Shown: in pieces, positions 50,032-61,046 of the stretch
How positions within the stretch are numbered: the first letter of the stretch is position 1
Layout: each line of letters starts with the position of its first letter
Source of the DNA: an uncultured Gammaproteobacteria bacterium
Lineage (GTDB): Bacteria; Pseudomonadota; Gammaproteobacteria; Arenicellales; CAJQKF01
Length of the DNA: 64,000 bases
NCBI GenBank assembly: GCA_905478855.1
Contig: CAJQKF010000040.1
Location: 7,076 to 71,075, forward strand
Reading direction: 5' to 3'
Notes under the pieces: model-generated
What the model was told of the DNA's origin: nothing
The model's database searches: none
Seen by the model: only the letters and a program-made list of their open reading frames with translations
Program-made: the position numbers and the translations under genes

Positions 50032-51381
50032 CTAAGTCAGAGTGACCAACTCCTCTGCAGCGGTAGGATGAATCGCGACGGTATTGTCGAAATCTTGCTT
50101 TCGTGCACCCATTTTAACGGCTACTGCAAAGCCTTGAATTATTTCGTCTGCAGCGTCGCCCACAATATGACATCCAACAATTTTCTCATCTGACCCCATA
50201 GTTACGAGTTTGGCCACAGTGGGTGACTTTCGCTCGGTAACCGCATAATACATATTAGTAAAATTGCTTTGGTAAACCTTAATGTTTGTAGCGCCGAATT
50301 CGTTAATAGCGTCGGCCTCACTCATTCCTACAGTACCAATTGGAGGATGAGAGAAAATAACACTAGCGATAGTGTCATAATCCAAGCGAGATTCCGGTTT
50401 GTCGTTGAATAGCCTGTCTGCCAGTCGCCTTCCAGCCGCTATAGCAACGGGGGTCAGCTGAGCACGACCAGTTACATCACCCACCGCGTAAATTCCTTTC
50501 ACTGAGGTGTTTTGGAAGCTATCTGTTTCAATATAACCTTTGCTATCACGTTGCACCTTTGCAACTTCGCAGCCAATGTTTTCAGATAGTGGTCCTCGTC
50601 CTATGGCCCAAATTAGCGAATCCACGTTACTAATAACACTTTTATCATGAGCTTTAATTTCTAAACGTGCGCCATTATTCTCAATAGATTCAATGTGAGT
50701 ATTAGTCTGAATGTTTATTCCTGATTTTTTCATTTCAGACATGACAGTGGAACCTAATGTTGAATCAAACTCCCTGAGTAATTGATTTTTTCGAAGCAAC
50801 ATGGTGACTTTTGACCCTAGGCCATGGAGTACTCCGGCAAGTTCTGTGGCAATATAACCGGCTCCAATGACAACAGCATGAGTTGGTAAATCTTCTAGCT
50901 CGAAAAAGCCATCGCTCGTAATGCCATGATTCGCGCCAGGTATGTTCGGAACAATCGGGTAACCACCGGTGGCAATAAGTATATGCTTTGCTCGGTATTC
51001 TAGCCCGTTTACCGAGACAGTGTTCGAATTCATTAATCGCCCATGTCCCTGAATAACGGCGACATCTGAATTGCTTAGATTCCTTTCATAGATTTCGTTC
51101 AACCTGCCAATATATTTGTCGCGTCCTTTTTTTAAATGGGGCCAGCTAAAGTTTAGTTTGGTGACCTCAAATCCGTAGCCTGGAGCATCTTCAAGAAGTT
51201 CGGCTAAATGGGAGGCGTTCCACATTACTTTTTTTGGTACACAGCCAACATTTACACACGTACCGCCCAATCGCCCCGACTCTACGATGGCTGTTCGTGC
51301 CCCGTGCGAGGCCGCTCTGCGTGCGGCAGCTATTCCACCACTCCCGGCACCAAGTACGATAAAATCAAATTCCTGTGACAC
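50032..51381 (-). CDS. gor: Glutathione-disulfide reductase
   Basis: [46 protein letters not shown]. Confidence 0.95.
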   Translation of the reverse strand: MSQEFDFIVLGAGSGGIAAARRAASHGARTAIVESGRLGGTCVNVGCVPKKVMWNASHLAELLEDAPGYGFEVTKLNFSWPHLKKGRDKYIGRLNEIYERNLSNSDVAVIQGHGRLMNSNTVSVNGLEYRAKHILIATGGYPIVPNIPGANHGITSDGFFELEDLPTHAVVIGAGYIATELAGVLHGLGSKVTMLLRKNQLLREFDSTLGSTVMSEMKKSGINIQTNTHIESIENNGARLEIKAHDKSVISNVDSLIWAIGRGPLSENIGCEVAKVQRDSKGYIETDSFQNTSVKGIYAVGDVTGRAQLTPVAIAAGRRLADRLFNDKPESRLDYDTIASVIFSHPPIGTVGMSEADAINEFGATNIKVYQSNFTNMYYAVTERKSPTVAKLVTMGSDEKIVGCHIVGDAADEIIQGFAVAVKMGARKQDFDNTVAIHPTAAEELVTLT

Positions 51382-51492
51382 TAATTATGTCTCCGCTAAT
51401 GTTTATGACGAATGGGTAATTACCACCGTACCGACTAGTTCGTGTAATAATCGTCCCGATTAATTTATTATAACCAAAGTTTTTATATTTTT

Positions 51493-53538
51493 ATGACTGC
51501 CCCTAACCCACTTCTTGACAGTGTTGGACTGCCGAAGTTCAACGAAATCAAAGTATCACATATACGACCGGCAGTAGATGCTGTCTTATCTAGTAATCGA
51601 GAAAATATTAAAGTATTGAAAACGATGACTCAGATGCCCGATTGGATAAGCTTTGTCCAACCATTGGAGGACCTAGAGGATTATCTCAGCCGAGTGTGGT
51701 CGCCAATATCCCACTTGAATAGTGTCGCAGATAATGAAGAACTACGAATCGTATATGAGGACTGCATCGCTTTGCTTAGCGCTTATTATACTGAGGTAGG
51801 TCAGAATAAAAGATTGTTTGAGAAATTTACGAAAATCAAGAATGACGCGGGGTTTTCCAAATTAAAAAAAGAACAGCAAAAAGTAGTAGATAATAATATT
51901 CGGGATTTCAGGCTTTCCGGCGTCGATCTTGATGATGATAGTAAGGTACGTTTTGCCGAGATTAGTGAGCAGATTTCCAGCCTCAGCAATATATTCAGCA
52001 AAAACGTTCTGGATTGTACGGATAAGTGGTCGATGATCATATCTAATGCTGCGGATCTATCGGGTTTACCGGAGTCTGCTATGGCAATGGCCGCCCAGGA
52101 AGCTAAAAATGTAGGTGAATCCGGATGGCGATTCACGTTAAAAGCACCATCGCTCATCCCCTTTCTTACCTATGCCGAAAATCGAGACTTGCGTAAAAAG
52201 CTTTACAAGGCATATGTAACCCGAGCGAGTGAGCTGGGACCTCATTGCAAAGACTATGACAATAGCTCGATAATTGAGGATATATTGCGTTTGCGTGCTG
52301 AACAGGCCGAATTGCTTGGTTTTGAGAATTATGCCGAATACTCGCTTCAAGCGAAAATGGCAAAAGATGTGACTCAGGTTGAAAAATTCTTATTTGATCT
52401 TGCTGAACGAGCTCGAGGTGCTGCACTAGAAGAACTCGAGGAGCTGAAGCAGTTTGCGAAAATTAATGGTCATGCTGGTGATCTTGAAGCATGGGATCTC
52501 TCATTTTATTCCGAGAAACTAAAACAAAACAAATTTGATCTCAGTGATGAGCAGCTACGTCCTTGGTTTCCGCTGCCAACCGTTCTTAACGGATTATTCT
52601 CTGTTGTGAGTCGATTGTTTTCCATTACGGTTCGACCCTGTGAGAATGTTCAAGTCTGGCACCCTGATGTGCAGACATTTGAGTTGCTTGATTCCGGTGG
52701 GGAAATTCGTGGCCAATTTTTTGTTGATTTATATGCCAGGGAAAAGAAAAGGGGAGGTGCATGGATGGCGGATTGTGTTAGTCGCAGGCGTGTATCGGAC
52801 TCTGTTCAGATACCGGTTGCGTTCTTGGTTTGTAATTTCACACCGCCAGTTGGGGATAAACCTGCTCTATTAACTCACGATGAGGTGTTAACACTGTTTC
52901 ATGAGTTTGGACATGGCCTGCATCATATGTTGACGAAAGTTGACTATGTGTCCATATCTGGAATTAATGGTGTTGAATGGGATGCGGTTGAATTGCCTAG
53001 TCAATTTTTGGAAAATTGGTGTTGGGAAGCAGATGCTCTTGAAATGTTTTCTGGACATTATAAAAGTGGCGAGGTGCTGCCGGTAGAAATGTTGGATAAA
53101 ATGAAAGCGGGTAAAAATTATCATGCCGCGATGCAAATGTTACGGCAGGTTGAGTTTTCATTGTTCGACTTATCGTTACATAGTGGGTACCCATCAATTC
53201 CAGGTGAGACTGCGATGACTGTGTTGCAGCGAATCAGGCGTGAAGTATCGGTAGTCGAAGCCCCAGAATTCAATCGATTTCCACATAGCTTTGGTCATAT
53301 TTTCAGTGGCGGATATGCGGCTGGTTACTATAGCTACAAATGGGCAGAGGTTTTGTCGGCTGACGCGTTTAGTAAGTTTGAAGAGACCGGTATTTTTAAT
53401 CAAGACACCGGAAATTCATTCCTTTCATGTATTCTTGAGAAAGGCGGATCAGATTCAGCGATGAATTTATTTACCGAGTTCCGAGGTAGAGAACCCGATG
53501 CTTCGGCTCTTTTCCGTCATTGCGGATTGTCTGCGTAG
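51493..53538 (+). CDS. prlC: Oligopeptidase A (M3 family)
   Basis: KRGGAWM, HEFGH zinc motif, WDAVELPSQ, GYAAGYYSYKWAE. Confidence 0.95.
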   Translation: MTAPNPLLDSVGLPKFNEIKVSHIRPAVDAVLSSNRENIKVLKTMTQMPDWISFVQPLEDLEDYLSRVWSPISHLNSVADNEELRIVYEDCIALLSAYYTEVGQNKRLFEKFTKIKNDAGFSKLKKEQQKVVDNNIRDFRLSGVDLDDDSKVRFAEISEQISSLSNIFSKNVLDCTDKWSMIISNAADLSGLPESAMAMAAQEAKNVGESGWRFTLKAPSLIPFLTYAENRDLRKKLYKAYVTRASELGPHCKDYDNSSIIEDILRLRAEQAELLGFENYAEYSLQAKMAKDVTQVEKFLFDLAERARGAALEELEELKQFAKINGHAGDLEAWDLSFYSEKLKQNKFDLSDEQLRPWFPLPTVLNGLFSVVSRLFSITVRPCENVQVWHPDVQTFELLDSGGEIRGQFFVDLYAREKKRGGAWMADCVSRRRVSDSVQIPVAFLVCNFTPPVGDKPALLTHDEVLTLFHEFGHGLHHMLTKVDYVSISGINGVEWDAVELPSQFLENWCWEADALEMFSGHYKSGEVLPVEMLDKMKAGKNYHAAMQMLRQVEFSLFDLSLHSGYPSIPGETAMTVLQRIRREVSVVEAPEFNRFPHSFGHIFSGGYAAGYYSYKWAEVLSADAFSKFEETGIFNQDTGNSFLSCILEKGGSDSAMNLFTEFRGREPDASALFRHCGLSA

Positions 53539-53550
53539 TGAGCTAGAACT

Positions 53551-54078
53551 ATGGAGATACGATTTATGAAGATACTGTTCACGGCATTAGCCTTGGTTTT
53601 TGCATCGTCTTTAGTGGCTCAGGGAAAGCTGTATAAAGTCACGGACGAGTATGGAAATGTTTCGTATCAAGATACCCGACCGTCCAATACTGATAGCTAT
53701 GAGGAATCAGCGTTGGACCCTGTTCCGGTAGACGAGGGAAGTAAGCGCAGAGTAGACCTACTGCTGGCGGAACAGAATTTTCCGTTAATCTTGTTTAGTG
53801 TGAAGAAGTGTGATGCGTGTGATTTTGTGCGTTGGTTCTTGCAAAATAGGGATGTACCTTTTGAAGAACTCGATGTCGAGATGGATGTCAAAAACCAATT
53901 TAAATTACACGAAGCTACAGGAGAATATAGGGTGCCAGTGTTGCTGGTGGGGGACCAAGTACAATCAGGTTTCGACAGTCAGACGTTAACTCGGGCTCTG
54001 GTTGATGCCGGCTATATCTATCCGGATGAACCTGAAGCAATTACTGTAGAAGAGAATACGCCGTTGGATAGTAATTAA
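53551..54078 (+). CDS. Exported DUF4124 + glutaredoxin-like (CxxC) protein
   Basis: Signal peptide, LYKVTDEYGNVSYQD (DUF4124-like), CDAC, cis-Pro VP motif. Confidence 0.75.
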   Translation: MEIRFMKILFTALALVFASSLVAQGKLYKVTDEYGNVSYQDTRPSNTDSYEESALDPVPVDEGSKRRVDLLLAEQNFPLILFSVKKCDACDFVRWFLQNRDVPFEELDVEMDVKNQFKLHEATGEYRVPVLLVGDQVQSGFDSQTLTRALVDAGYIYPDEPEAITVEENTPLDSN

Positions 54079-54189
54079 AGTTTGATAATCTTTCAGTATT
54101 CAATGCCATAAATAACCAGTGAATACGGAATTATTCTGGACGGCTTGGGGCTAATCGTGGTGCTCGATTTATCGGTTAAGATTTTATTT

Positions 54190-56049
54190 ATGTATAGCTC
54201 GTTAGTGCGTATCGTCTCATTTACCACAATCAGTTTTTTCTTGTGTTTACATGCCCAAGGAAACAGTTTGAAAAACCATCCAAGCCCATATTTGGCGCTT
54301 CATGGAAATGACCCGGTTGAATGGAATGACTGGCAGGCAAATACTGCACAAAAAGCACGTGATGAGGACCGTCTTTTGTTTTTTTCAGTGGGCTATTTTT
54401 CTTGCCACTGGTGTCATGTCATGCAGAGAGAAAGTTATAAAAATCCAGACATAGCGCGCTTTATTAATAAGCATTATATTCCAGTGAAAATTGATCGCGA
54501 GCTGGAACCGGCTCTTGATGCGCGTTTAATTGAGTTTACGCAAAATACTGAGCAGAGAGCGGGATGGCCATTAAATGTCTTCATTACCCCTGAAGGACAT
54601 CCCTTATTTTCAGCTTTATATATGCCCCCGGAGAAGTTTAAGCAAGTTTTGGAAAGGGTAAACCAAGTTTGGCAAGAAGATCGGAATCGGCTGAGGTACT
54701 TGGCTTCTAAAATTAATGAGGTTCAGATTTCCGACGCTGACAAATTGCTTGATAAAGATCGTGCAGCGCAAATGGAAAATCTTTTTCTTCAACAGGCGAG
54801 AAGTTTTCATGATGAGTTTGAAGGCGGTTTCGGTTCGCAAAATAAGTTTCCGCACACGCCCGCTTTGTTTTATTTATTGGAGATTGCCGAGAATAAAGAG
54901 TCGCTTGAAATAGATGAAATTTTAAAAGTAACGCTTGATGCAATGGCCAACAATGGATTATTTGACCATGTTGGTGGAGGCTTCTTTAGGTATTCAGTCG
55001 ATCCCTCGTGGAGTATTCCGCATTTTGAGAAAATGCTATATGACAATGCAGAACTTGCGCGTCTTTATTGGCTTGCCGATGAGCTCTATCCTGATCGTGG
55101 CTACAAAATAATTGCGCAACGTACTTTTGAGTTTATGTCGAGAGACATGAGTACCGCTCAAGGGGCATTAGTTGCTTCATTTTCTGCAGTCGATGATAAG
55201 GATATTGAAGGCGGCTATTATTTATGGGACGAGCCACAGTTACTATCGGTATTAGGTGAAGAAAATAGTCAATTGCTAAAAGCGCATTGTTATGTTTATG
55301 GAACGCCGCAGTTAGCTGGAGGGCATCATCTGCGTTGTTCCAGAGATGTTATGGCGGAGGCGGCTGAGATGACTATTTCTGAGGAAGAGGCGGCTGAACG
55401 AATTGCCGACTCGCTTGAATTGCTTCGCAAGCATCGTGAGGCGAAGCGGGTATTGCCGGTGGATACCAAGTTACTTGCCGGTTGGAATGGTCTGGCGTTA
55501 AGTGCATTTTGTGCCGCATCCGATGATCAGGATAATCCCCAATTTAGGCGCACTGCGGACAGCATCAAAAATTACCTAACCGAAACCCTATGGCGAAATA
55601 TGCGCTTGTCCAGAGCTATGGACGGCAAAAATTCAATTGGCAGTGCGTCGATCGAGGATTATGCATACGTTGCAAGAGGGCTTTGGGATTACGCGGTACT
55701 TACCGGAAATGATGAAGATTTTGCCTTGGCTAGGCAGGTTCATCAGGTTGGCTGGGCTTTATATCGAGATGGCAACGGCTGGCGAAGCACGAAGAAGACG
55801 TTGTTAGCAGAAGCTCCGCCCAAAGAGCTGTTTACTGATAGTCCTTTAGTATCGCCCGCATCGGCTTTGTCGATGCTTGGATTGGATATTGCAAAGCACT
55901 ATGGCGATAATGAGATTGTTGAACGCACCCGACAGGCACTAAGTCGCGGGTGGGATAGTATCGAGCAACATGCATTTTTCTACGCAAGTCATATTCAGGC
56001 ACAGAACCACCTCGCACGTTTTTTGGAGAAAGAAACTGTGATTCAGTAA
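54190..56049 (+). CDS. DUF255/YyaL (SPATA20-like) thioredoxin + six-hairpin domain protein
   Basis: N.L....SPYL..H, CHWCHVM, GWPLN, GGFFRYSVD, PHFEKMLYDNA, EDYA; hydrophobic leader after the ATG at 54190. Confidence 0.88.
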   Translation: MYSSLVRIVSFTTISFFLCLHAQGNSLKNHPSPYLALHGNDPVEWNDWQANTAQKARDEDRLLFFSVGYFSCHWCHVMQRESYKNPDIARFINKHYIPVKIDRELEPALDARLIEFTQNTEQRAGWPLNVFITPEGHPLFSALYMPPEKFKQVLERVNQVWQEDRNRLRYLASKINEVQISDADKLLDKDRAAQMENLFLQQARSFHDEFEGGFGSQNKFPHTPALFYLLEIAENKESLEIDEILKVTLDAMANNGLFDHVGGGFFRYSVDPSWSIPHFEKMLYDNAELARLYWLADELYPDRGYKIIAQRTFEFMSRDMSTAQGALVASFSAVDDKDIEGGYYLWDEPQLLSVLGEENSQLLKAHCYVYGTPQLAGGHHLRCSRDVMAEAAEMTISEEEAAERIADSLELLRKHREAKRVLPVDTKLLAGWNGLALSAFCAASDDQDNPQFRRTADSIKNYLTETLWRNMRLSRAMDGKNSIGSASIEDYAYVARGLWDYAVLTGNDEDFALARQVHQVGWALYRDGNGWRSTKKTLLAEAPPKELFTDSPLVSPASALSMLGLDIAKHYGDNEIVERTRQALSRGWDSIEQHAFFYASHIQAQNHLARFLEKETVIQ

Positions 56050-56214
56050 CTTAATTATCCAAGGATCTGATTTTTCGCAGGTGAGCTATCAATTTTCTGT
56101 TCTACGCTGTTGAGCTAGCCCTGAATTTTTATGCATGCAATAACACTAAGACAGCTGGAAAAAATATAGTTCAAGCAGTAGACTTCAGCGCCCCCATATT
56201 CTCAGAACTTTATC

Positions 56215-58215
56215 TTGAAATTAAATCCTGCTCAGAAACAAGCTGTCGCTCACAGCGGTAGCCCTGTTTTAGTGTTGGCGGGTGCTGGAAGTGGCAAAAC
56301 GGGTGTAATTACAAAAAGAATTGTTACTTTAATTTCGGATGGGACTGTTAATCCAGAAAATATTTACGCGGTAACGTTTACGAATAAGGCTGCAAGAGAA
56401 ATGCAGCATCGAGTAGCGTCGCAAATGACCTCCATGCCGAAAGGGCGTCGGCATCGCCCAGTTATTTCGACATTTCATCGACTTGGCCTGACTATCTTAT
56501 CTGCCGAAGCAGAGCATATTGGTATCAAGAAGGGCTTCAGTATTGTGGATAGTCGCGATGCTGTGGCCATTATCGGAGACTTGTTGCAGAGAGAGTTTGG
56601 CGTGCGAGCGGATCAAGCCGAATCTGTGCGTAATGCCATTTCAGCACTTAAGAATAATAGCGGTGTTAGCAGTGATGTGCCAGATAACATCGCTAAAGTC
56701 CGAATGGCTTATGATCGATATCTTCGTGTTTGTAATGCAGTCGATCTAGATGACATGATTACCTTGCCGGTGCAATTGCTCTCAGAAAACTCGGACGTTA
56801 GAAATCGGTGGCGCAGCAAAATTCATTATTTACTCGTTGATGAATATCAGGATACTAATGATACTCAGTATGAGATGGTCAAACTATTAGCGGGTAGCGG
56901 TAGTGGGTTGATGGCTGTGGGCGATGACGATCAGTCAATTTATGCCTGGCGAGGTGCTAGGCCACAAAATTTGATGCGTCTCGAATCGGATTTTCCCGAT
57001 TTGACGTTAATCAAACTGGAACAAAATTACCGTTCGCGAGGGCGAATTCTTAAATTGGCTAATCATTTGATTGAAAATAACCCTAGGCCGTTTGTAAAAA
57101 CCCTATGGAGTGAGCTGGGTTACGGGGACGCCATTCGGGTTATTCAGAGTAGGAATGATATAAAAGAAGCGGAGCAGGTTATTTCCGAAATAATGGCAGA
57201 TCGGTTCCAGAGTGGTTTAAAATATTCAGACTTCGCAATTCTTTATCGAAGTAACTATCAGTCCAGAATTCTTGAGTTAAAGCTGATGGAGCTGCAGGTC
57301 CCGTATTTGCTTAGCGGTGGGAAGTCGTTTTTTGATAGAACGGAAGTGCGCGATATCATGTGCTACCTAAAACTAATTGCAAATCCATCTGATGATAGCG
57401 CTCTTTTTAGAATAATTAACACTCCGCGTCGCGGGGTTGGTGCATCAACTCTTGAGCAAGTAAATAATTGGGCGGTGGAAAATCGCATCACTATGAGTGA
57501 GGCAATATTCAATACTCAATTAACAAAGGGTTTTTCTTCACGAGCGAGTTTGGGAATTGAGAAGTTTTGTAGCGTGTTAGAAGAACTTCGAGCTGCCGCT
57601 GATCACATGGATCCGGCAGAACTTATTTCTTCCCTAGTCGAGAAAATTGATTATTGGGATTGGCTTCAAGCTCAGAGCGATAACGAGGATGTCGCCAAGA
57701 AGCGGCTGAATAATATTACCGAATTAGGTTTATGGATGAATCGAATGAAAGAAAGTGATGGAGAGCGTCCAAGCTTAGTAGAGATTATTCGCAGATTAAC
57801 GCTGTCGGATATGTTGGATCGGCAAAATCAAGATGAAGAGGATACGGATGGCGTGAGTTTAATGACGCTTCATGCAGCGAAAGGCCTTGAATTCAATCGT
57901 GTCTGTATCGTCGGAGTCGAGGAGGATATACTTCCCCATGTTAATAGCCAAAATGAAGCGAGTATTCAGGAAGAAAGACGATTGTTTTATGTTGGCATTA
58001 CGCGGGCAAAAGTTGCGCTAACATTATCTATGGCCGCTCATCGGAAAAGATTTGGTGAAATAATAAGTTGTACTCCTAGTCGATTTCTTGAGGAGTTACC
58101 TCCAGAAGATTTAAATTGGACTCGAAGCTCTGAGCAGCCTGTTGCCGAACAAAAAAAAGTGGGTAAGGCTCATCTCGCTGGAATTCGCGATATTTTAGTT
58201 AATAAAACCAGTTAA
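56215..58215 (+). CDS. rep: ATP-dependent DNA helicase Rep
   Basis: AGAGSGKT, DEYQDTN, VGDDDQSIYAWRGA, LEQNYRS, TLHAAKGLEF, EERRLFYVGITRA; Rep-like K.LWSELGYG segment. Confidence 0.88.
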   Translation: MKLNPAQKQAVAHSGSPVLVLAGAGSGKTGVITKRIVTLISDGTVNPENIYAVTFTNKAAREMQHRVASQMTSMPKGRRHRPVISTFHRLGLTILSAEAEHIGIKKGFSIVDSRDAVAIIGDLLQREFGVRADQAESVRNAISALKNNSGVSSDVPDNIAKVRMAYDRYLRVCNAVDLDDMITLPVQLLSENSDVRNRWRSKIHYLLVDEYQDTNDTQYEMVKLLAGSGSGLMAVGDDDQSIYAWRGARPQNLMRLESDFPDLTLIKLEQNYRSRGRILKLANHLIENNPRPFVKTLWSELGYGDAIRVIQSRNDIKEAEQVISEIMADRFQSGLKYSDFAILYRSNYQSRILELKLMELQVPYLLSGGKSFFDRTEVRDIMCYLKLIANPSDDSALFRIINTPRRGVGASTLEQVNNWAVENRITMSEAIFNTQLTKGFSSRASLGIEKFCSVLEELRAAADHMDPAELISSLVEKIDYWDWLQAQSDNEDVAKKRLNNITELGLWMNRMKESDGERPSLVEIIRRLTLSDMLDRQNQDEEDTDGVSLMTLHAAKGLEFNRVCIVGVEEDILPHVNSQNEASIQEERRLFYVGITRAKVALTLSMAAHRKRFGEIISCTPSRFLEELPPEDLNWTRSSEQPVAEQKKVGKAHLAGIRDILVNKTS

Positions 58216-58378
58216 AACGAATTATCGACGAATTCTATGCAATTTAGTTCTCTCTGATTGTTCTACATATCACCCTAAAAAGAATGTGTTTTGATATAAT
58301 CTCCGATCAAAGAAAATTTAGCAGTGGAGATATTTGTTTCTGCTGTGTTCCCGAACCCCTAGTAAATGTGGAGAAACA

Positions 58379-58987
58379 ATGAGCAACGCAAGCTTAGATG
58401 ATGGTCGTCGGCGTTTTCTGACGGTCGTCACCTCAGGTGTTGGACTTGTTGGATGCGCAGCGTTGGCTGTGCCATTCGTTTCGAGTATGGCACCAAGTGC
58501 CCGAGCCAAAGCGGCAGGTGCACCGGTTGAAGTTGATATAAGTCAATTAGAGCTCGGCCAAATGTTAACAATTGAATGGCGTGGAAAACCCGTTTGGATT
58601 GTTAATCGTACTGCCGATATGCTCCAAGGCTTGGATGATTTGGTAGATGAATTATCTGATCCAACATCTGAACAACCACAACAGCCTGTATATGCAACGA
58701 ATGAGTATCGCTCTATACGTCCTGAAATTCTGGTAGTAGTTGGAATTTGTACTCATCTTGGTTGTGCGCCGACAAAAAAATTCGAGTTAGGTGCGGCATC
58801 TGGAGTATCGAAAGACTGGAAAGGCGGTTTTTATTGTCCATGTCACGGTTCATTATTTGATTTGGCTGGACGCGTTTATCGCAATGTGCCAGCTCCGACC
58901 AATTTAGAAGTTCCTCCGTATTCGTATATTGGAGAGAATCAAATCCTTGTTGGTGTTGATCCACAAGAGGAGTCCAAAGATGTCTAA
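58379..58987 (+). CDS. petA: Ubiquinol-cytochrome c reductase Rieske Fe-S subunit
   Basis: Tat motif RRRFL, CTHLGC, CPCHGS; ATG at 58379 with GGAGA upstream. Confidence 0.97.
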   Translation: MSNASLDDGRRRFLTVVTSGVGLVGCAALAVPFVSSMAPSARAKAAGAPVEVDISQLELGQMLTIEWRGKPVWIVNRTADMLQGLDDLVDELSDPTSEQPQQPVYATNEYRSIRPEILVVVGICTHLGCAPTKKFELGAASGVSKDWKGGFYCPCHGSLFDLAGRVYRNVPAPTNLEVPPYSYIGENQILVGVDPQEESKDV

Positions 58988-60221
58988 TTGGATTGACGAT
59001 CGTTTTCCAGCAACTAAGGTTTGGGAAGAGCATTTTTCGAAATACTTCGCACCAAAAAACTTCAATTTCTGGTATTACTTTGGAGGAATAGCAGTAGTTG
59101 TCCTGGTGCTGCAAATCCTTACGGGTATATTCCTAACCATGCACTACAAACCCGATGCACAGCTGGCGTTTGCCTCGGTAGAACATATTATGCGTGATGT
59201 GCCCGGTGGATGGTTCATTAGATATATGCATTCGACAGGCGCATCTTTGTTTTTTGTTGTGGTCTACATGCATATGTTTCGCGGGTTGCTTTACGGTTCT
59301 TTTAAAGGGCCACGAGAGCTCGTGTGGATTATTGGCATGGTCATTTTCGTTGCTTTAATGGCGGAAGCTTTCATGGGCTATTTATTACCCTGGGGTAACA
59401 TGTCTTACTGGGGCGCTCAGGTAATCATTTCACTGTTTGGAGCGATTCCGATTATTGGAGATGGCCTGTCGGAATGGATACGAGGCGATTTTGTGGTGTC
59501 CGATGCTACTTTGAACCGTTTTTTCGCATTCCACGTTATCTTATTGCCGTTGCTTCTAGCCTTACTGGTATATCTGCATATAGTCGCATTGCATAAAGTT
59601 GGATCTAATAATCCTGATGGTATTGATGTGAAAAAGCATAAGGATGAAAATGGCAAGCCGCTAGATGCGATTCCTTTCCATCCCTACTACACCGTGAAGG
59701 ATATGTTTGGATTGTCTGTATTCTTTATGCTTTTCTTCGGTATTGTGTTTTTTGTGCCTGAATTTGGTGGTTGGTTTCTAGAAAAAGATAACTTTACCCC
59801 AGCAAATATATTGCAGACACCGCCTGATATAGTACCCCTTTGGTATTTCACGCCGTTTTATTCAATTCTTCGTGCTGTTACCTGGGAGTGGTTGCCGGGC
59901 GGCGCCAAGTTATGGGGAGTGCTAGCAATGGGCTTATCTTTGGCTATGTTGTTCCTTCTGCCGTGGTTAGATAGAGCTAAGGTGAGATCGATTCGCTATC
60001 GTGGTTACATGTATAAAACGGCGCTGACCATATTCGTTATTGCTTTTGTAATCTTGGGCTACCTTGGAACAAAACATCCTGCCCATATTGATTTGTTTAT
60101 TTTTGAAAATGTAATTTGGGCCCAAGTTTGTATGGTTCTTTACTTCCTGTTTTTCTTATTGATGCCATGGTATACGTCGCGGGATACCAGTAAAGCAGAA
60201 CCTGATCGAGTGACTGGATAA
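58980..60221 (+). CDS. petB: Cytochrome b
   Basis: RYMHSTGAS, HMFRG, GYLLPWG, FHV...H, P.WYF; ATG at 58980 with GAGGAG upstream. Confidence 0.97.
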   Translation: MSNWIDDRFPATKVWEEHFSKYFAPKNFNFWYYFGGIAVVVLVLQILTGIFLTMHYKPDAQLAFASVEHIMRDVPGGWFIRYMHSTGASLFFVVVYMHMFRGLLYGSFKGPRELVWIIGMVIFVALMAEAFMGYLLPWGNMSYWGAQVIISLFGAIPIIGDGLSEWIRGDFVVSDATLNRFFAFHVILLPLLLALLVYLHIVALHKVGSNNPDGIDVKKHKDENGKPLDAIPFHPYYTVKDMFGLSVFFMLFFGIVFFVPEFGGWFLEKDNFTPANILQTPPDIVPLWYFTPFYSILRAVTWEWLPGGAKLWGVLAMGLSLAMLFLLPWLDRAKVRSIRYRGYMYKTALTIFVIAFVILGYLGTKHPAHIDLFIFENVIWAQVCMVLYFLFFLLMPWYTSRDTSKAEPDRVTG

Positions 60222-60949
60222 TGAAAAAAACTGTTGCACTTCTACTATTCTTTTATAGCGTAGCGGGTTTCGCTGCTGGTTCCGGGGGATTAAAGCTTGA
60301 TCACGTAAACGTTGATCTAAGTGATACTCCGTCCTTGCAGAGAGGCGCGCGCATTTTCGTAAATTTTTGTTTGTCGTGTCATAGTGCTTCCTACATGCGT
60401 TACAACCGTATGGCAGAAGATTTGGGAATTAGCGATGAAATTCTTCGTGAAAGTTTGATGTTTGCCGCAGACAAACCGGGTGAGTTAATGGAATCAACTA
60501 TGCCTGTAGAGGATGCCAAGAAATGGTTTGGTACGGCACCACCGGATTTATCACTGGTTTCTCGTTCACGGGGGCCAGATTATATCTACACTTACATGCG
60601 TAGTTTCTATCTGGATGAAGGTACCCCTAGTGGTTGGAATAATACGATTTTTCCCAATGTGGCAATGCCTCACGCGATGTACGAGTGGCAGGGTAATCAA
60701 CGGGCTATTTTTAGTACAGATTCCGACGGTAACAAAACTTTTGAGCGATTTGAGTTGGTCAAGGAGGCAGAGTTGTCTCCAGAGGAGTATGATGACGCGA
60801 TGCGTGATTTAACTAACTTTATGGTTTACCTAGGTGAGCCAGCAAAGTTAGTGCGTTATCGTTACGGTTTTTGGGTAATGATGTTTATGTTATTGCTAAT
60901 CGGACTGACCTACTTTCTTAAGAAAGAATTCTGGCGAGATGTGCACTAG
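60221..60949 (+). CDS. petC: Cytochrome c1
   Basis: Signal peptide, CLSCH, PPDLS, AMPH, C-terminal TM. Confidence 0.97.
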   Translation: MKKTVALLLFFYSVAGFAAGSGGLKLDHVNVDLSDTPSLQRGARIFVNFCLSCHSASYMRYNRMAEDLGISDEILRESLMFAADKPGELMESTMPVEDAKKWFGTAPPDLSLVSRSRGPDYIYTYMRSFYLDEGTPSGWNNTIFPNVAMPHAMYEWQGNQRAIFSTDSDGNKTFERFELVKEAELSPEEYDDAMRDLTNFMVYLGEPAKLVRYRYGFWVMMFMLLLIGLTYFLKKEFWRDVH

Positions 60950-61046
60950 TTTATGAGTTGTCCATGGACGCTTAGTCAATTTCATTGCTTAAGTGCTATG
61001 GATAAACAAATTATTAATCGCTTTTATGCGGTGGGGAGTGTGTGTT

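Noticed and set aside
56192-56199. Sigma-32 -10 element CCCCATAT upstream of rep
   Set aside because: No properly spaced CTTGAA -35 element
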